This document shows positions 18,871 through 27,477 of a stretch of DNA of 64,000 nucleotides, one piece after another (positions within the stretch are counted from its first letter, which is position 1; every line of letters begins with the position of its first letter). The notes beneath the pieces are model-generated. The model did not search any database, was not told where the DNA came from, and saw only the letters and a program-made list of their open reading frames with translations. Where the stretch lies: the NCBI GenBank assembly GCA_034667725.1, contig JAXDQS010000010.1, positions 128,001-192,000 on the forward strand. The letters run 5' to 3'. Source of the DNA: Thermoplasmata archaeon. Lineage in GTDB: Archaea > Thermoplasmatota > E2 > JACPAO01 > JAHFTW01. A program made the position numbers and the translations under genes.

Positions 18871-19851
18871 ATGGAGGCCTGGGAGCCATGGGTCGCCGCC
18901 GCCTTCGCCCCCGCCGCCGTGTGGGTCCTCTGGCGCTTCCAGACCTGGTCGGTCGAGTTCTTGCGCTGGCGCCTCGTCAAGCTGGTGGGCCACGCCAACT
19001 GGCTGTACGCGACGGTGAGCTTCTTCGGCGTCCTGCTGCATGAGCTGAGCCACGCCTCGGTGCTGCTGCTCTCCGGCCACGGCGTGAAGGAGTTCCGCAG
19101 CGGCATGGAGTCCGGCCACGTCCTGCCCGCCCGCACGCGCACCGGGTTCGTCGGCACGCTCTCGTTCTTGGTCGCGGCGCTGGCGCCCATGTTCATCCCG
19201 CCGCTGCTGGTCCTCCTTGGCGTCGTCTTCCTGGTGGACCGCGGCGTCGTGGACCTGCTGCCCGGCGGCGACGGCCTCCTGGGCGCCTGGGAAGGCCTGC
19301 GCGTCGTCCTCGTCGAGTTCCCCGTCCGCTTCGCCCAAGCCGTCGCCCGCCTCGACCTCGCCCACTGGCCCCACCTCGTCGTCCTGCTGCTCCTCTTGCT
19401 CGGGATGCCGGCGGCCCGCCCCAGCCACATCAAGCGCAGCCGGTTCCACGGCGGCTCCGAAGGCGACGTCGCCGTCCTCCGGGCCCGCATCCGGCACAAC
19501 CCGGTCCCGTTCCTGCTGTTTTTGGCCCTCCTCTACGCCGCCTACCTCACGGTGCGCGTCTGGCTGCCCGAGGCCTACTGGGGCGCGTTCCAATGGGTCT
19601 GGGCCGTCGCCGCCACCGGCGTCCTCCTGTCCGCGTTCGGCGCCGCCTGGTGGAGCCTCGCCGCCATGAACGCCCGCACCAGCCTGCTGTTCGCCTGGGT
19701 GCCGTTCCTGCTGTTCGTCGCCGTCGAGACGGCGCTGCGCGTCGTGCGCCCCACCGACCCCATGTGGGCCAACGCGGCGGCCGTGGCGGCATGGGCGGGC
19801 GCGACGGCGGTGCTGCGGTTCATGTTCCCGCGCCGGGTGCGCTCCTTCTGA
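18871..19851 (+). CDS. M50/M50B-like membrane zinc metallopeptidase
   Basis: LLHELSH in a hydrophobic segment, LAP, later Asp (SEGD); many TM helices. Confidence 0.7.
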   Translation: MEAWEPWVAAAFAPAAVWVLWRFQTWSVEFLRWRLVKLVGHANWLYATVSFFGVLLHELSHASVLLLSGHGVKEFRSGMESGHVLPARTRTGFVGTLSFLVAALAPMFIPPLLVLLGVVFLVDRGVVDLLPGGDGLLGAWEGLRVVLVEFPVRFAQAVARLDLAHWPHLVVLLLLLLGMPAARPSHIKRSRFHGGSEGDVAVLRARIRHNPVPFLLFLALLYAAYLTVRVWLPEAYWGAFQWVWAVAATGVLLSAFGAAWWSLAAMNARTSLLFAWVPFLLFVAVETALRVVRPTDPMWANAAAVAAWAGATAVLRFMFPRRVRSF

Positions 19852-19890
19852 AAGCGAACGCTTTTGCCGCGCGCCCGAGGTCTTGCCGCG

Positions 19891-20631
19891 ATGGGGCGCC
19901 TCCACCTCTTGCCCGGCGAGCGCGAGGAGCTCCGCCTGCGCCCCGCCGCCCTGAGCCGCCTCCCGGACTACGCCGTGGCCTTGGCCCCCGCGGCCGGCGC
20001 GGGCCTGCTCTGGCTTGCGACCCTGGCGCCCAGCTGGCGCCCGCCGGCCGCCGACGCGCCGTGGCTGCACCAAATCTACGGCACGCCGTTCGCCGTGGCG
20101 CTCTACGCCCTCGTGGTGCTGGCGGCCGCGGGCGCTGCGCACCTGCTGCTGCGCCGCAAGGCGTGGGGCTTGCTGGCCGCCGTCGGCGCGATGCTCTGGC
20201 TTGCGGCCGGGGTCGTTGCGTTCCCCGACGTGTCCGCCGAAACGCGCATCCCGGTCCAGCTTGCGTGCCTCAGCGTGCCGGCGCTGGCGTGGGTCGAGAC
20301 GGTGCGCCGCACGACCCGCTACGCCGTCACCAACCTCCGCCTCGTCGTCCAGGTCGCGCTGCCGCGCGCGGCCCAGGGCGCGTTCCTGCACGAGGATCTA
20401 GTGGACGTGGACGGCAGGCGCGGCCTCGGCGACACCGGCACCATCACCGCCGTGCGGCGCGGCACCGAGGCGCCCCGCGAGCTGCACCTGGCCGGCGTGC
20501 GGCCCTACAAGCGGGTGCTGGCGGCCGTCGAGCTGTTGGTGCAGAAGGCGACCCAGAGCGAGGCGCTGCGGCGGCAGGCGGGCATCGACCGGCGCGTCGG
20601 CGAGGCGCTGGCGGCGCTGCAACGGCATTAG
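19891..20631 (+). CDS. Membrane protein with bacterial PH-like domain
   Basis: LLPGE...LRP, TM helices, TRYAVTNLRLVV...GTI. Confidence 0.6.
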   Translation: MGRLHLLPGEREELRLRPAALSRLPDYAVALAPAAGAGLLWLATLAPSWRPPAADAPWLHQIYGTPFAVALYALVVLAAAGAAHLLLRRKAWGLLAAVGAMLWLAAGVVAFPDVSAETRIPVQLACLSVPALAWVETVRRTTRYAVTNLRLVVQVALPRAAQGAFLHEDLVDVDGRRGLGDTGTITAVRRGTEAPRELHLAGVRPYKRVLAAVELLVQKATQSEALRRQAGIDRRVGEALAALQRH

Positions 20632-20678
20632 CGACCCGCGCCACCACCGTTAAGGAGCAGGGCGGCGTCGCTGCGACC

Positions 20679-20993
20679 GTGCCCTTCTGCCCGAACTGCA
20701 AGAAGCTGGTCTATCCCGTCAAGGGCCAGATGACCTGCAAGAACCCCGCCTGCAACTGGACGGGGGAGGCGGCCGAGTCGGGCTCCATCCTGCGCAGCAC
20801 CGCCGGCGAGGGCACCCGCAAGCGCGTCATCCTGGAGGAGAAGGTCGAGGCCCGTCCCGAACAGGTCATCACCTGCCCGAAGTGCCAGCACAACAAGGCC
20901 TACTTCCACCTCATGCAGACCCGCCGCTCCGACGAGCCGCCGACGCAGATCAACGAGTGCGTCAAGTGCGGCCACTCCTGGCGCGAGTACTAG
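20679..20993 (+). CDS. tfs: Transcription factor S (RpoM/TFS)
   Basis: Two Zn ribbons (CPNC..C..C; CPKC..CVKC), QTRRSDEP, terminal WREY. Confidence 0.93.
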   Translation: MPFCPNCKKLVYPVKGQMTCKNPACNWTGEAAESGSILRSTAGEGTRKRVILEEKVEARPEQVITCPKCQHNKAYFHLMQTRRSDEPPTQINECVKCGHSWREY

Positions 20994-20999
20994 CTTCTC

Positions 21000-21386
21000 G
21001 ACGCGCGCCGATTCCCGCAGACGGTCTGTGGAGTTTTTCGCCACGCCCCGCCAGAATCAAAGCCAGGGTCTGTGTGCGTCGGGGAAACGGACGGGCACTG
21101 ATTTTTTCCCTGATTCGGAAGATTCCCACAGACTATCTGTGGAATTCTGTTCCTAGGCCCCGCCAACTCCAAAGCCAGGGTCTGTGGAATCTGTGTGCGT
21201 GGGGCACCCGACGGGCACCGATCTTCACAGATTGGGAAGATTCCCACAGATGATCTGTGGAATTTTTGGCTAGGCCCTGCCAGGTCCAATGTCGGGGTCT
21301 GTGGAATCTGTGTGCGTCGGGCGCCCGACGGGCACTGATTCCCTCAGATTCGGAAGATTCCCTCAGAGCTTGTGGAATCCTTGTCC
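21000..21386 (+). repeat. Palindromic mosaic repeat array 3
   Basis: Units at 21000 (degenerate), 21090, 21210 and 21327 (partial); begins 7 nt after the tfs stop. Confidence 0.95.
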
Positions 21387-21441
21387 AAGCAGCGCAGAAA
21401 AAAGAGCTGGAAGAAGGAAGGGAGAAGGAGTCCACGCCGTC

Positions 21442-21687
21442 TTAATGGCGCTTGATCACGGTGACGTCGTCGTCATCGTAGTCGCGGACGCGGTGGGTGC
21501 GCTCGGCGGGCGCGCGGTCCGCGAAGCCCATCACCGACAGGCCCAGGATCAGCAGGATGCCCGCGATGAGCATGCTCACCGGGACCCACCGGTCGAGGCC
21601 GGACTGGAAGAAGAACATCAGCAGGGCCCCGATGACAAGCAGGGTGCCCAGCAGGTAGAGGACCATGCGGCCAGCGCTCAGGGCCAT
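21442..21687 (-). CDS. Small 2-TM membrane protein
   Basis: 81 aa, two hydrophobic helices, charged tail; pyrimidine tract downstream on the minus strand. Confidence 0.7.
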   Translation of the reverse strand: MALSAGRMVLYLLGTLLVIGALLMFFFQSGLDRWVPVSMLIAGILLILGLSVMGFADRAPAERTHRVRDYDDDDVTVIKRH

Positions 21688-21892
21688 CAGAGCACCTCCG
21701 GGTCCCAGCAGGTCCGTTGGCTTGCTTCAGAGCGGAGGGTTCCGTCCATGGGCGCCTTTCTCCGTTCCCCTCCCTATGAGGCTTGGGCAAGGGACGCCGG
21801 GAACTCCACGGCGCCCCCCAAGCCGGTCCCGCGGAAGGCGCGGGGCGGCGAGCTTGGACGTTCCCCGCAGCAACGGCCGGTGTTTGCTCACG

Positions 21893-21900
21893 CTTAAGAT
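21893..21900 (+). promoter_or_regulatory. Putative TATA box of pcn
   Basis: CTTAAGAT ending 25 nt before ATG 21925. Confidence 0.5.
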
Positions 21901-21924
21901 GGCGCCTCCTTTGGAGCGCCCGCC

Positions 21925-22662
21925 ATGCTGAAGGCGAAGGTCAAGTCGGAAGTGCTCAAGACCATGCTGGACGCGGTCTCGACGCTGGTCGACGAGGCGA
22001 AGATCCAGGTCACCCCCGAAGGCATCAGCCTGAAGGCCGTGGACCCGGCGCACGTGGCCATGATCGACCTGAGCCTGGGCAAGCGCGCCTTCGTCGAGTT
22101 CAAGGGCACCGACATGGACCTGGGCGTCGACCTGGACAAGCTGAAGGACATCCTCAAGCTCGCCGGCGGCCAGGACATCATCGAGCTGGAGTACAAGGAG
22201 GACGCGCACAAGCTCGTCTTCAAGATTGGCAACGTCACCCGCCGCATGGCCCTCGTGGACACCGCCAACATGAGCGACCCGAAGGTCCCCAACCTCAACC
22301 TCCCCAACCAGGTCACCGTCCTGGCCGGCGAGCTCCTGAAGGGCATCAAGGCGTCCGAGGCGGTCTCCGACCACGTCGCCCTGGTGGCGCACGGCCGCTC
22401 CTTCGAGCTCATCGCCGAGGGCGACACCGACCACGCCGCCCTCCTTTTGGATGGCGACAAGCTCCTCAAGATCCAGGCGCCCGAGAAGTCGCGCAGCCTG
22501 TTCAGCCTCGACTACTTCAGCAACATGAGCCGCGCCGTGCCCCCCGCGGGCGCCGTGACGCTCCACCTCGGCTCCGACTACCCCGTCAAGATCGAGTTCG
22601 ACATCGCCGACGGCGCCGGCCACATCACCTACCTGCTGGCGCCCCGCATCGAATCGGAGTGA
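21925..22662 (+). CDS. pcn: DNA polymerase sliding clamp PCNA
   Basis: AVDPAHVAMIDL, GVDL, SLFSLDY, DYPVKIEF, YLLAPRIE. Confidence 0.97.
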   Translation: MLKAKVKSEVLKTMLDAVSTLVDEAKIQVTPEGISLKAVDPAHVAMIDLSLGKRAFVEFKGTDMDLGVDLDKLKDILKLAGGQDIIELEYKEDAHKLVFKIGNVTRRMALVDTANMSDPKVPNLNLPNQVTVLAGELLKGIKASEAVSDHVALVAHGRSFELIAEGDTDHAALLLDGDKLLKIQAPEKSRSLFSLDYFSNMSRAVPPAGAVTLHLGSDYPVKIEFDIADGAGHITYLLAPRIESE

Positions 22663-22666
22663 GCCG

Positions 22667-23002
22667 ATGCGCGCCGGCCTGCTCGCGTTGGCGGTCCTGC
22701 TGGCCGGCTGCACGACGCCCGCCGCCACCCTGAGCGGCGAGGGCCTGGTGAACGCCTCCGGCCTGGTCCAGATGGCGCCCGAGTGCGGCGCGGAGGGCAT
22801 CCTCAAGGTCGTCGTCCAAGGCACGGCGGGCGCGATCGAAGCGACCGTGACCGACGGCGCCGGCGCCACCATCGCGGACCGGGTCCGGTTCGCGGGCGAC
22901 CACGACGGCGAGATGGACCTCGGCGGCGCGGCGGGGACCTGGAAGGTCGAGCTGCGGCAAATCGGGTTCACGGGCGACTACAGCCTCGAGCTGGACTGCT
23001 GA
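22667..23002 (+). CDS. Small lipoprotein (paralogue 1 of 3)
   Basis: Lipobox LAGC; GTWKVEL..GDYSLELDC. Confidence 0.75.
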   Translation: MRAGLLALAVLLAGCTTPAATLSGEGLVNASGLVQMAPECGAEGILKVVVQGTAGAIEATVTDGAGATIADRVRFAGDHDGEMDLGGAAGTWKVELRQIGFTGDYSLELDC

Positions 23003-23039
23003 CGGCACCTTCAAGAGCCGGCGCCGGGGTGGACCGCCC

Positions 23040-23462
23040 ATGCGTGCCCTCCTGGCCCTCGCCGCCTGCGCCATGCTGCTCGCGGGCTGCACCGGCGACA
23101 ACTCCAGCGTCAGCAGCGTCCCCGGCGCCTTCAGCTACGGCGGCCAGGTCTCCGGCAAGGACGGCATGGAGAGCCACGTCTGGCAGAACGACGCCCAGAA
23201 GGCCTACGCAAGCTGGGGCGGCCAGGTCAAGTCCGGCTCGTTCACCTTGATCGTCAAGGACAGCGGCGCCCGCGAAGTGCTGCACGAGACCTTCCACATG
23301 GGCAACGAAGGCCGCACCCTTGCCACCGCCACCGGCGCGCCGGGCGCCTGGACGGTCGTGTTCATCTTCGACGACGCCACCGCCAACATGGGCCTCACGC
23401 TCACCTCCGGCGCCGGCCCCGGCGGCACCGCCCCGCCCACCGGCTGGGGAGGCCTCGCATGA
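23040..23462 (+). CDS. Small lipoprotein (paralogue 2 of 3)
   Basis: Lipobox LAGC; GSFTLIVKDSG...GAWTVVF. Confidence 0.75.
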   Translation: MRALLALAACAMLLAGCTGDNSSVSSVPGAFSYGGQVSGKDGMESHVWQNDAQKAYASWGGQVKSGSFTLIVKDSGAREVLHETFHMGNEGRTLATATGAPGAWTVVFIFDDATANMGLTLTSGAGPGGTAPPTGWGGLA

Positions 23463-23797
23463 TCCGCGCCCTCGTCCCCATCGTCGCGGCCCTGCTCCTG
23501 GCCGGCTGCGTCGGCGGCAACGCCATCACCATCAGCGGCCAAGGCTTCACCCAAGGCGACCAGAGCCGCACCCTCGCCTGCGGCACGGCCGCCACCGTCG
23601 CCTTCGGCATCCAGGGCGCCGGCTCGCTCCAGGTCCGCGTCCTCGACGGCGCCGGCCACGAGGTGTTCGAGCAGGCCGTCGCGTTCGGGCAGGACGGCGG
23701 CATCGAGTCGCTGAAGGGCCAGGAAGGCACCTGGAAGCTCGTCGTCGCCACCCCCGCCATGTACGGCGGCCAGTACAGCATCACCCTCACCTGCTGA
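23459..23797 (+). CDS. Small lipoprotein (paralogue 3 of 3)
   Basis: Lipobox LAGC; GSLQVRVLDGAG...GTWKLVV..GQYSITLTC. Confidence 0.75.
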   Translation: MIRALVPIVAALLLAGCVGGNAITISGQGFTQGDQSRTLACGTAATVAFGIQGAGSLQVRVLDGAGHEVFEQAVAFGQDGGIESLKGQEGTWKLVVATPAMYGGQYSITLTC

Positions 23798-23845
23798 CGC
23801 CCCCCTCTGGGGAAGGCTGAAGCGCCCCCCCTTCCTGGACACGGC

Positions 23846-24922
23846 GTGGCCGACCTGGTCCGCCTGGCCTACTACCCGTTCCTCCCGGAGGGACGGGCGG
23901 CAGTGCGGGAAGCAGGCATCGACACGGCCGACGTCCTTGCCAGCCCGCTCTTTGGCGGCGCCCGCCACCGCGCCCTCCAGCGCATCGAGGGCAGCCTGAA
24001 GGACGGCTTCCCCCCCGCCGAGGTGCTGGACGAGCGCGCCGCCCTGCTGGAGCTGCTGTCGGTCCCGGTGGCGCGGATGCTCGCCGTCCACCTCAACGAA
24101 CGGCAGCTGGTCACGCGCTACGCCCAGGCCGAGGCCCGCAACGCCGAGGCCCGGCTGGCGCGCGACCCGGCCGGCCTGCCGGACGCCATCGCCGCCACCG
24201 GCATCGCCGCCGAGCCCGCCGAAGGCGGCGGCTGGACGATGCACATCTCGGTCTACATTCGGCTGGCGCCCACCACCGACTCCGCTTGGAAACTGCTGTT
24301 GCGCCCCGTGCGCGCCGGCATGGTCGCCGTGACCGACGCCGAGATGGCGCGGCTGGTGCGCGAGGCCCTGGCCCGCCGCATCACCGACGAGCTGGAGGCC
24401 GAGCGCGGCAAGCCCCTGCCCCCGGAGGCGGTGGCGGCGCTGGCCCCGATGGCGGCGGCGCTGGCGCCCAAGCTGGAGGAGGCCCGCGAGTCCTGGAGCA
24501 CCGGCGACTTCGGCCCCGTCCAGCCGCACCTGTTCCCGCCTTGCATCAAGGAGGTGTTCGACGCCTTGCGCCGGAGCGAGAACGTCGCCCACCACGGCCG
24601 GTTCGCGTTCGCCACCTTCCTGCACACCGTCGGCTGGAACGCCGAGCAGATCCTCGACTACCTCTCGTCGACGCCGAACTTCGACCGCGAGAAGTCGCGC
24701 TACCAGATCGAGCACGTCACCGGCGAGAAGTCGGTGCAAGCCTACACGCCGCCGGGGTGCGCCACCATGCAGACCAACGGCGTCTGCCCGCTCGACAAGC
24801 GCGACGGGCTGTGCGCCAAGATCAAGCATCCCCTGTCGTACTACCGGGCGCAACTGCGGTTCCAGCAGCGCGACCTGGAGCGGGCGCAGCAGGCGGCGGC
24901 GCAGGCGGAGGCGAAGGCATGA
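23846..24922 (+). CDS. priL: DNA primase large subunit
   Basis: YPF, FPPCI, HHGRF, PNFD..KSRYQIEH, YTPPGCATM..GVC..C..IKHPLSYY. Confidence 0.95.
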   Translation: MADLVRLAYYPFLPEGRAAVREAGIDTADVLASPLFGGARHRALQRIEGSLKDGFPPAEVLDERAALLELLSVPVARMLAVHLNERQLVTRYAQAEARNAEARLARDPAGLPDAIAATGIAAEPAEGGGWTMHISVYIRLAPTTDSAWKLLLRPVRAGMVAVTDAEMARLVREALARRITDELEAERGKPLPPEAVAALAPMAAALAPKLEEARESWSTGDFGPVQPHLFPPCIKEVFDALRRSENVAHHGRFAFATFLHTVGWNAEQILDYLSSTPNFDREKSRYQIEHVTGEKSVQAYTPPGCATMQTNGVCPLDKRDGLCAKIKHPLSYYRAQLRFQQRDLERAQQAAAQAEAKA

Positions 24923-26217
24923 CCGAGGCCGTCGTCGCCGCGCCCAAGCCGCCGCAGCCCACCAGCTTCCCGCCCCCCGTCGCCCGCACCCTCGATTGGC
25001 TCCAGGCGCAATACGGCGAATGGTACGCCCGCAACCCGCCGCCGCTGCCCGACCGCTTCACCCGCCGCGAGTTCGGCTTCATCCTCTGGCCCGAGCGCCC
25101 GGGGCCGCCGCCGTTCATCCGCCACCGCGCCTACGAGAACGCCGACCGCTTCCACCACTACCTCCAGCGGGCGGGGCCGCACTCGGTCTACTACTCGACG
25201 GCCTACTACCGCCGGCCCGGCGAGATGAAGATGGCCGACAAGCAGTGGCTCGGGGCCGAGCTGATCTTCGACCTGGACGCCGACCACTTGGCGGAGGCCG
25301 AGAAGGCCAAGGCGGAAGGCCACGAGATGCCGCTCGGCGAACAGTTGGCGCTGGTCAAGTCGCAGTTCAAGCGCCTGCTGGACGAGTTCCTGTTCGGCGA
25401 CTTCGGGTTGAGCGACAAGGACGTCTGGATCACGTTCTCCGGCGGCCGCGGCTATCACGCCCACGTCGTCGAGGAGCGCCTGATGCAGCTCGACGGCAAG
25501 GGGCGTAGGGAGATCGTGGACTACGTGACGGGGAAGGCGCCGACGGAGCGCGGCAGCGCCAAGCCGGACCTGTCGCTGTTCATCACCGACAAGGCCGTGG
25601 GCGTCGACGGCAAGGGCAAGTTCGCCAAGGTCACGCGCCAGGAGACCATGGCCCCCGCCGACACGCCCGGCTGGCCCGGCCGCCTCACCCGTGCCTTGGT
25701 CGGGACGCTGCGCGCCAACGTGCTGGAGGCCGACCGCGCCGCCGCCAAGAAGTGGCTCACCAGCCTCGACGGCGTCGGCCCCGACGGCGCCACCCGGTTT
25801 CTGGACAAGTTCGGCGCGGACATGCTGGAGCGCATCGCCAACGGCAAGGTGGACCAGGGTCGGGTGGTGCGCGCCATCTGCCACCGCATCCTGGAGCAGC
25901 AGGCCATCCCGATGGCCAAGGGCGAGACCGACGAGCCCGTCACCGCCGACACCAAGCGCCTCATCCGCCTGCCGGGCAGCCTGCACGGCAAGTCCGGCCT
26001 CAAGGTCGTGACCCTCACCCGCGACAGCCTCGACCAGTTCGAGCCACTGCGGGACGCGGTCGCGTTCCCGATGGAGCCGGTGCGCATCGTGCCCCGCAAG
26101 GACCAGGAGGCGACCCTCGGCGGCGAGCGGGTGGCGGTCAAGGGCGGCGAGGCCGTCGAGGTGCCGATGCCGCACGCGGTGTTCTGGCTGGCCCGGCAGG
26201 GCGGCACCATCGCGTGA
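24919..26217 (+). CDS. priS: DNA primase small (catalytic) subunit
   Basis: REFGF, YYSTAYY, LIFDLDAD, FSGGRGYH, DEPVTAD..RLIRLPGSLHGK. Confidence 0.95.
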   Translation: MTEAVVAAPKPPQPTSFPPPVARTLDWLQAQYGEWYARNPPPLPDRFTRREFGFILWPERPGPPPFIRHRAYENADRFHHYLQRAGPHSVYYSTAYYRRPGEMKMADKQWLGAELIFDLDADHLAEAEKAKAEGHEMPLGEQLALVKSQFKRLLDEFLFGDFGLSDKDVWITFSGGRGYHAHVVEERLMQLDGKGRREIVDYVTGKAPTERGSAKPDLSLFITDKAVGVDGKGKFAKVTRQETMAPADTPGWPGRLTRALVGTLRANVLEADRAAAKKWLTSLDGVGPDGATRFLDKFGADMLERIANGKVDQGRVVRAICHRILEQQAIPMAKGETDEPVTADTKRLIRLPGSLHGKSGLKVVTLTRDSLDQFEPLRDAVAFPMEPVRIVPRKDQEATLGGERVAVKGGEAVEVPMPHAVFWLARQGGTIA

Positions 26218-26278
26218 GGGCCGGGACCGGGGGAAAACGCTGAAGCCACGCCCGCCGATGGCCTCGTGAGGGGACACG

Positions 26279-26866
26279 CTGGCCGGCCGACTCACGCTGG
26301 GGTTGTACAACTGCTACGACCCCAAGCAGTGGCACGAGATCATGCGCATCACCCTCGCGCGGGCCGCCCCCGTCGCCATGGCGTTCGACTGCCGGCTCGC
26401 GACCTTCGGCTTCCCCTTCGAGCAGGCCCGTGCCCGCGGCGCCAAGCGCACCGAGGCGCTGCGGTCGCCGGCCGACGTGGCCGGGTTCGTGGCCGAAGGC
26501 ACCTCGATCGGCGAAGGCGGTCGCTACCTTGCCGCCTTGGTCGAGGAGGGCCGCGTCACCCTCGCCGACTTCCCCAAGGACGGCGTGTTCCCGGCCAAGC
26601 TCGGCCAGCCGTTCGCCACCACGCCTCACCCTGGGCCCGGCAAGGCCACGACGCCGCGCGCCGCCGCCGAGGAGTTGGCCGCCGGCCGCGACGTGCTGTT
26701 GGTCTTCGGGCTTGGCCCGCGCGGCCTGCCTGATGCCGTGCTGGAGGCCGCGCCCCGCCACCTGGAGCTGACCGGCAAGGGCATCGAGATGGAGACCGCC
26801 ACCGCCTTGGCCGCGCTGCCGGCGATGGTGCGCACGCACTTGGGCTACCTGGAGGCGGCGCCGTGA
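26279..26866 (+). CDS. DUF531-family protein (SPOUT-like), probable CTG start
   Basis: LTLGLYNCYDP..WHE...LARAAP...GLGPRGLP..HLELT..IEMETATA; the LTLG segment lies upstream of the tracked TTG 26303. Confidence 0.75.
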   Translation: MAGRLTLGLYNCYDPKQWHEIMRITLARAAPVAMAFDCRLATFGFPFEQARARGAKRTEALRSPADVAGFVAEGTSIGEGGRYLAALVEEGRVTLADFPKDGVFPAKLGQPFATTPHPGPGKATTPRAAAEELAAGRDVLLVFGLGPRGLPDAVLEAAPRHLELTGKGIEMETATALAALPAMVRTHLGYLEAAP

Positions 26867-27477
26867 GCGGCCACCTCGGCGAGCGCCGCAACCGTCATGT
26901 CGCGCTCGTGACCGAGGACTTCCGGCTCTACCACCGCCTGGTGCCGTTCCTGGAGTCGTGCGGCCTGCGCATCCTGGGCCTGCGCCCCGCCGACGAGGTG
27001 CCGTCGAGCGTCCAGGTCCTCCTCGGCGGGCCGTTGGAGGATCCGCGCAGCATCGCCATCCGCGACGACGACGAGGCCACCCTGCTTGCCGTCTACACCG
27101 CCATCGACCGCCGGCCCGGCGCCGCCGGCTACCGGCGCGTCGTGTTCGGCGTCGATCCCGGGAAGGTCATCGGCCTCGCGGTGCTGGCCGACGAGGAGTG
27201 CCTGCTGGTGGGCGAGTCCCGCAGCGTCGAGGCCGCCGTCGAGCGCGTCGTGGCCTGGGCCTCCGGCGTCACCGCCACCCGCTGGGAGGTCCACGTCGGC
27301 GACGGCTCCCCGGCGGAGGGCCGCGCGCTGGTGGCCGCGCTGCGGGAGCGCCTGCCGCAGGCCGACGTCCGCCTGGTGCGCGAGCACGACACCACGCCGT
27401 TCTCGCCGGTGTCGGGGTCGCGCCACACCGACGCCGCCTGGCACATCGCGATGCGCCGCCCGGAGGACCGCCCATGA
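26863..27477 (+). CDS. Hypothetical protein with RNase H-fold (YqgF/RuvC-like) domain
   Basis: VFGVDPGKVIGLAV...VGDG...VREHDTT...DAA..IA. Confidence 0.65.
   Translation: MSGHLGERRNRHVALVTEDFRLYHRLVPFLESCGLRILGLRPADEVPSSVQVLLGGPLEDPRSIAIRDDDEATLLAVYTAIDRRPGAAGYRRVVFGVDPGKVIGLAVLADEECLLVGESRSVEAAVERVVAWASGVTATRWEVHVGDGSPAEGRALVAALRERLPQADVRLVREHDTTPFSPVSGSRHTDAAWHIAMRRPEDRP

Noticed and set aside
18506-19043. Short ORFs across the repeat arrays (PQI/ICGI/VCG peptides)
   Set aside because: Translations of the repeat; indels between units shift frame, which argues against coding
2996-21386. CRISPR interpretation of the three repeat arrays
   Set aside because: The segments between hairpins are themselves conserved rather than unique spacers, the unit is over 100 bp, and there is no leader or cas gene in the window
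21775-21850. RNase P or SRP RNA upstream of pcn (hairpin GGCTTGGG...CCCAAGCC)
   Set aside because: Too short and lacks the conserved P4 or SRP helix-8 sequences
26258-26278. Selenocysteine readthrough of the in-frame TGA before DUF531
   Set aside because: Not at a catalytic position, no SECIS recognised, and a CTG start explains it more simply
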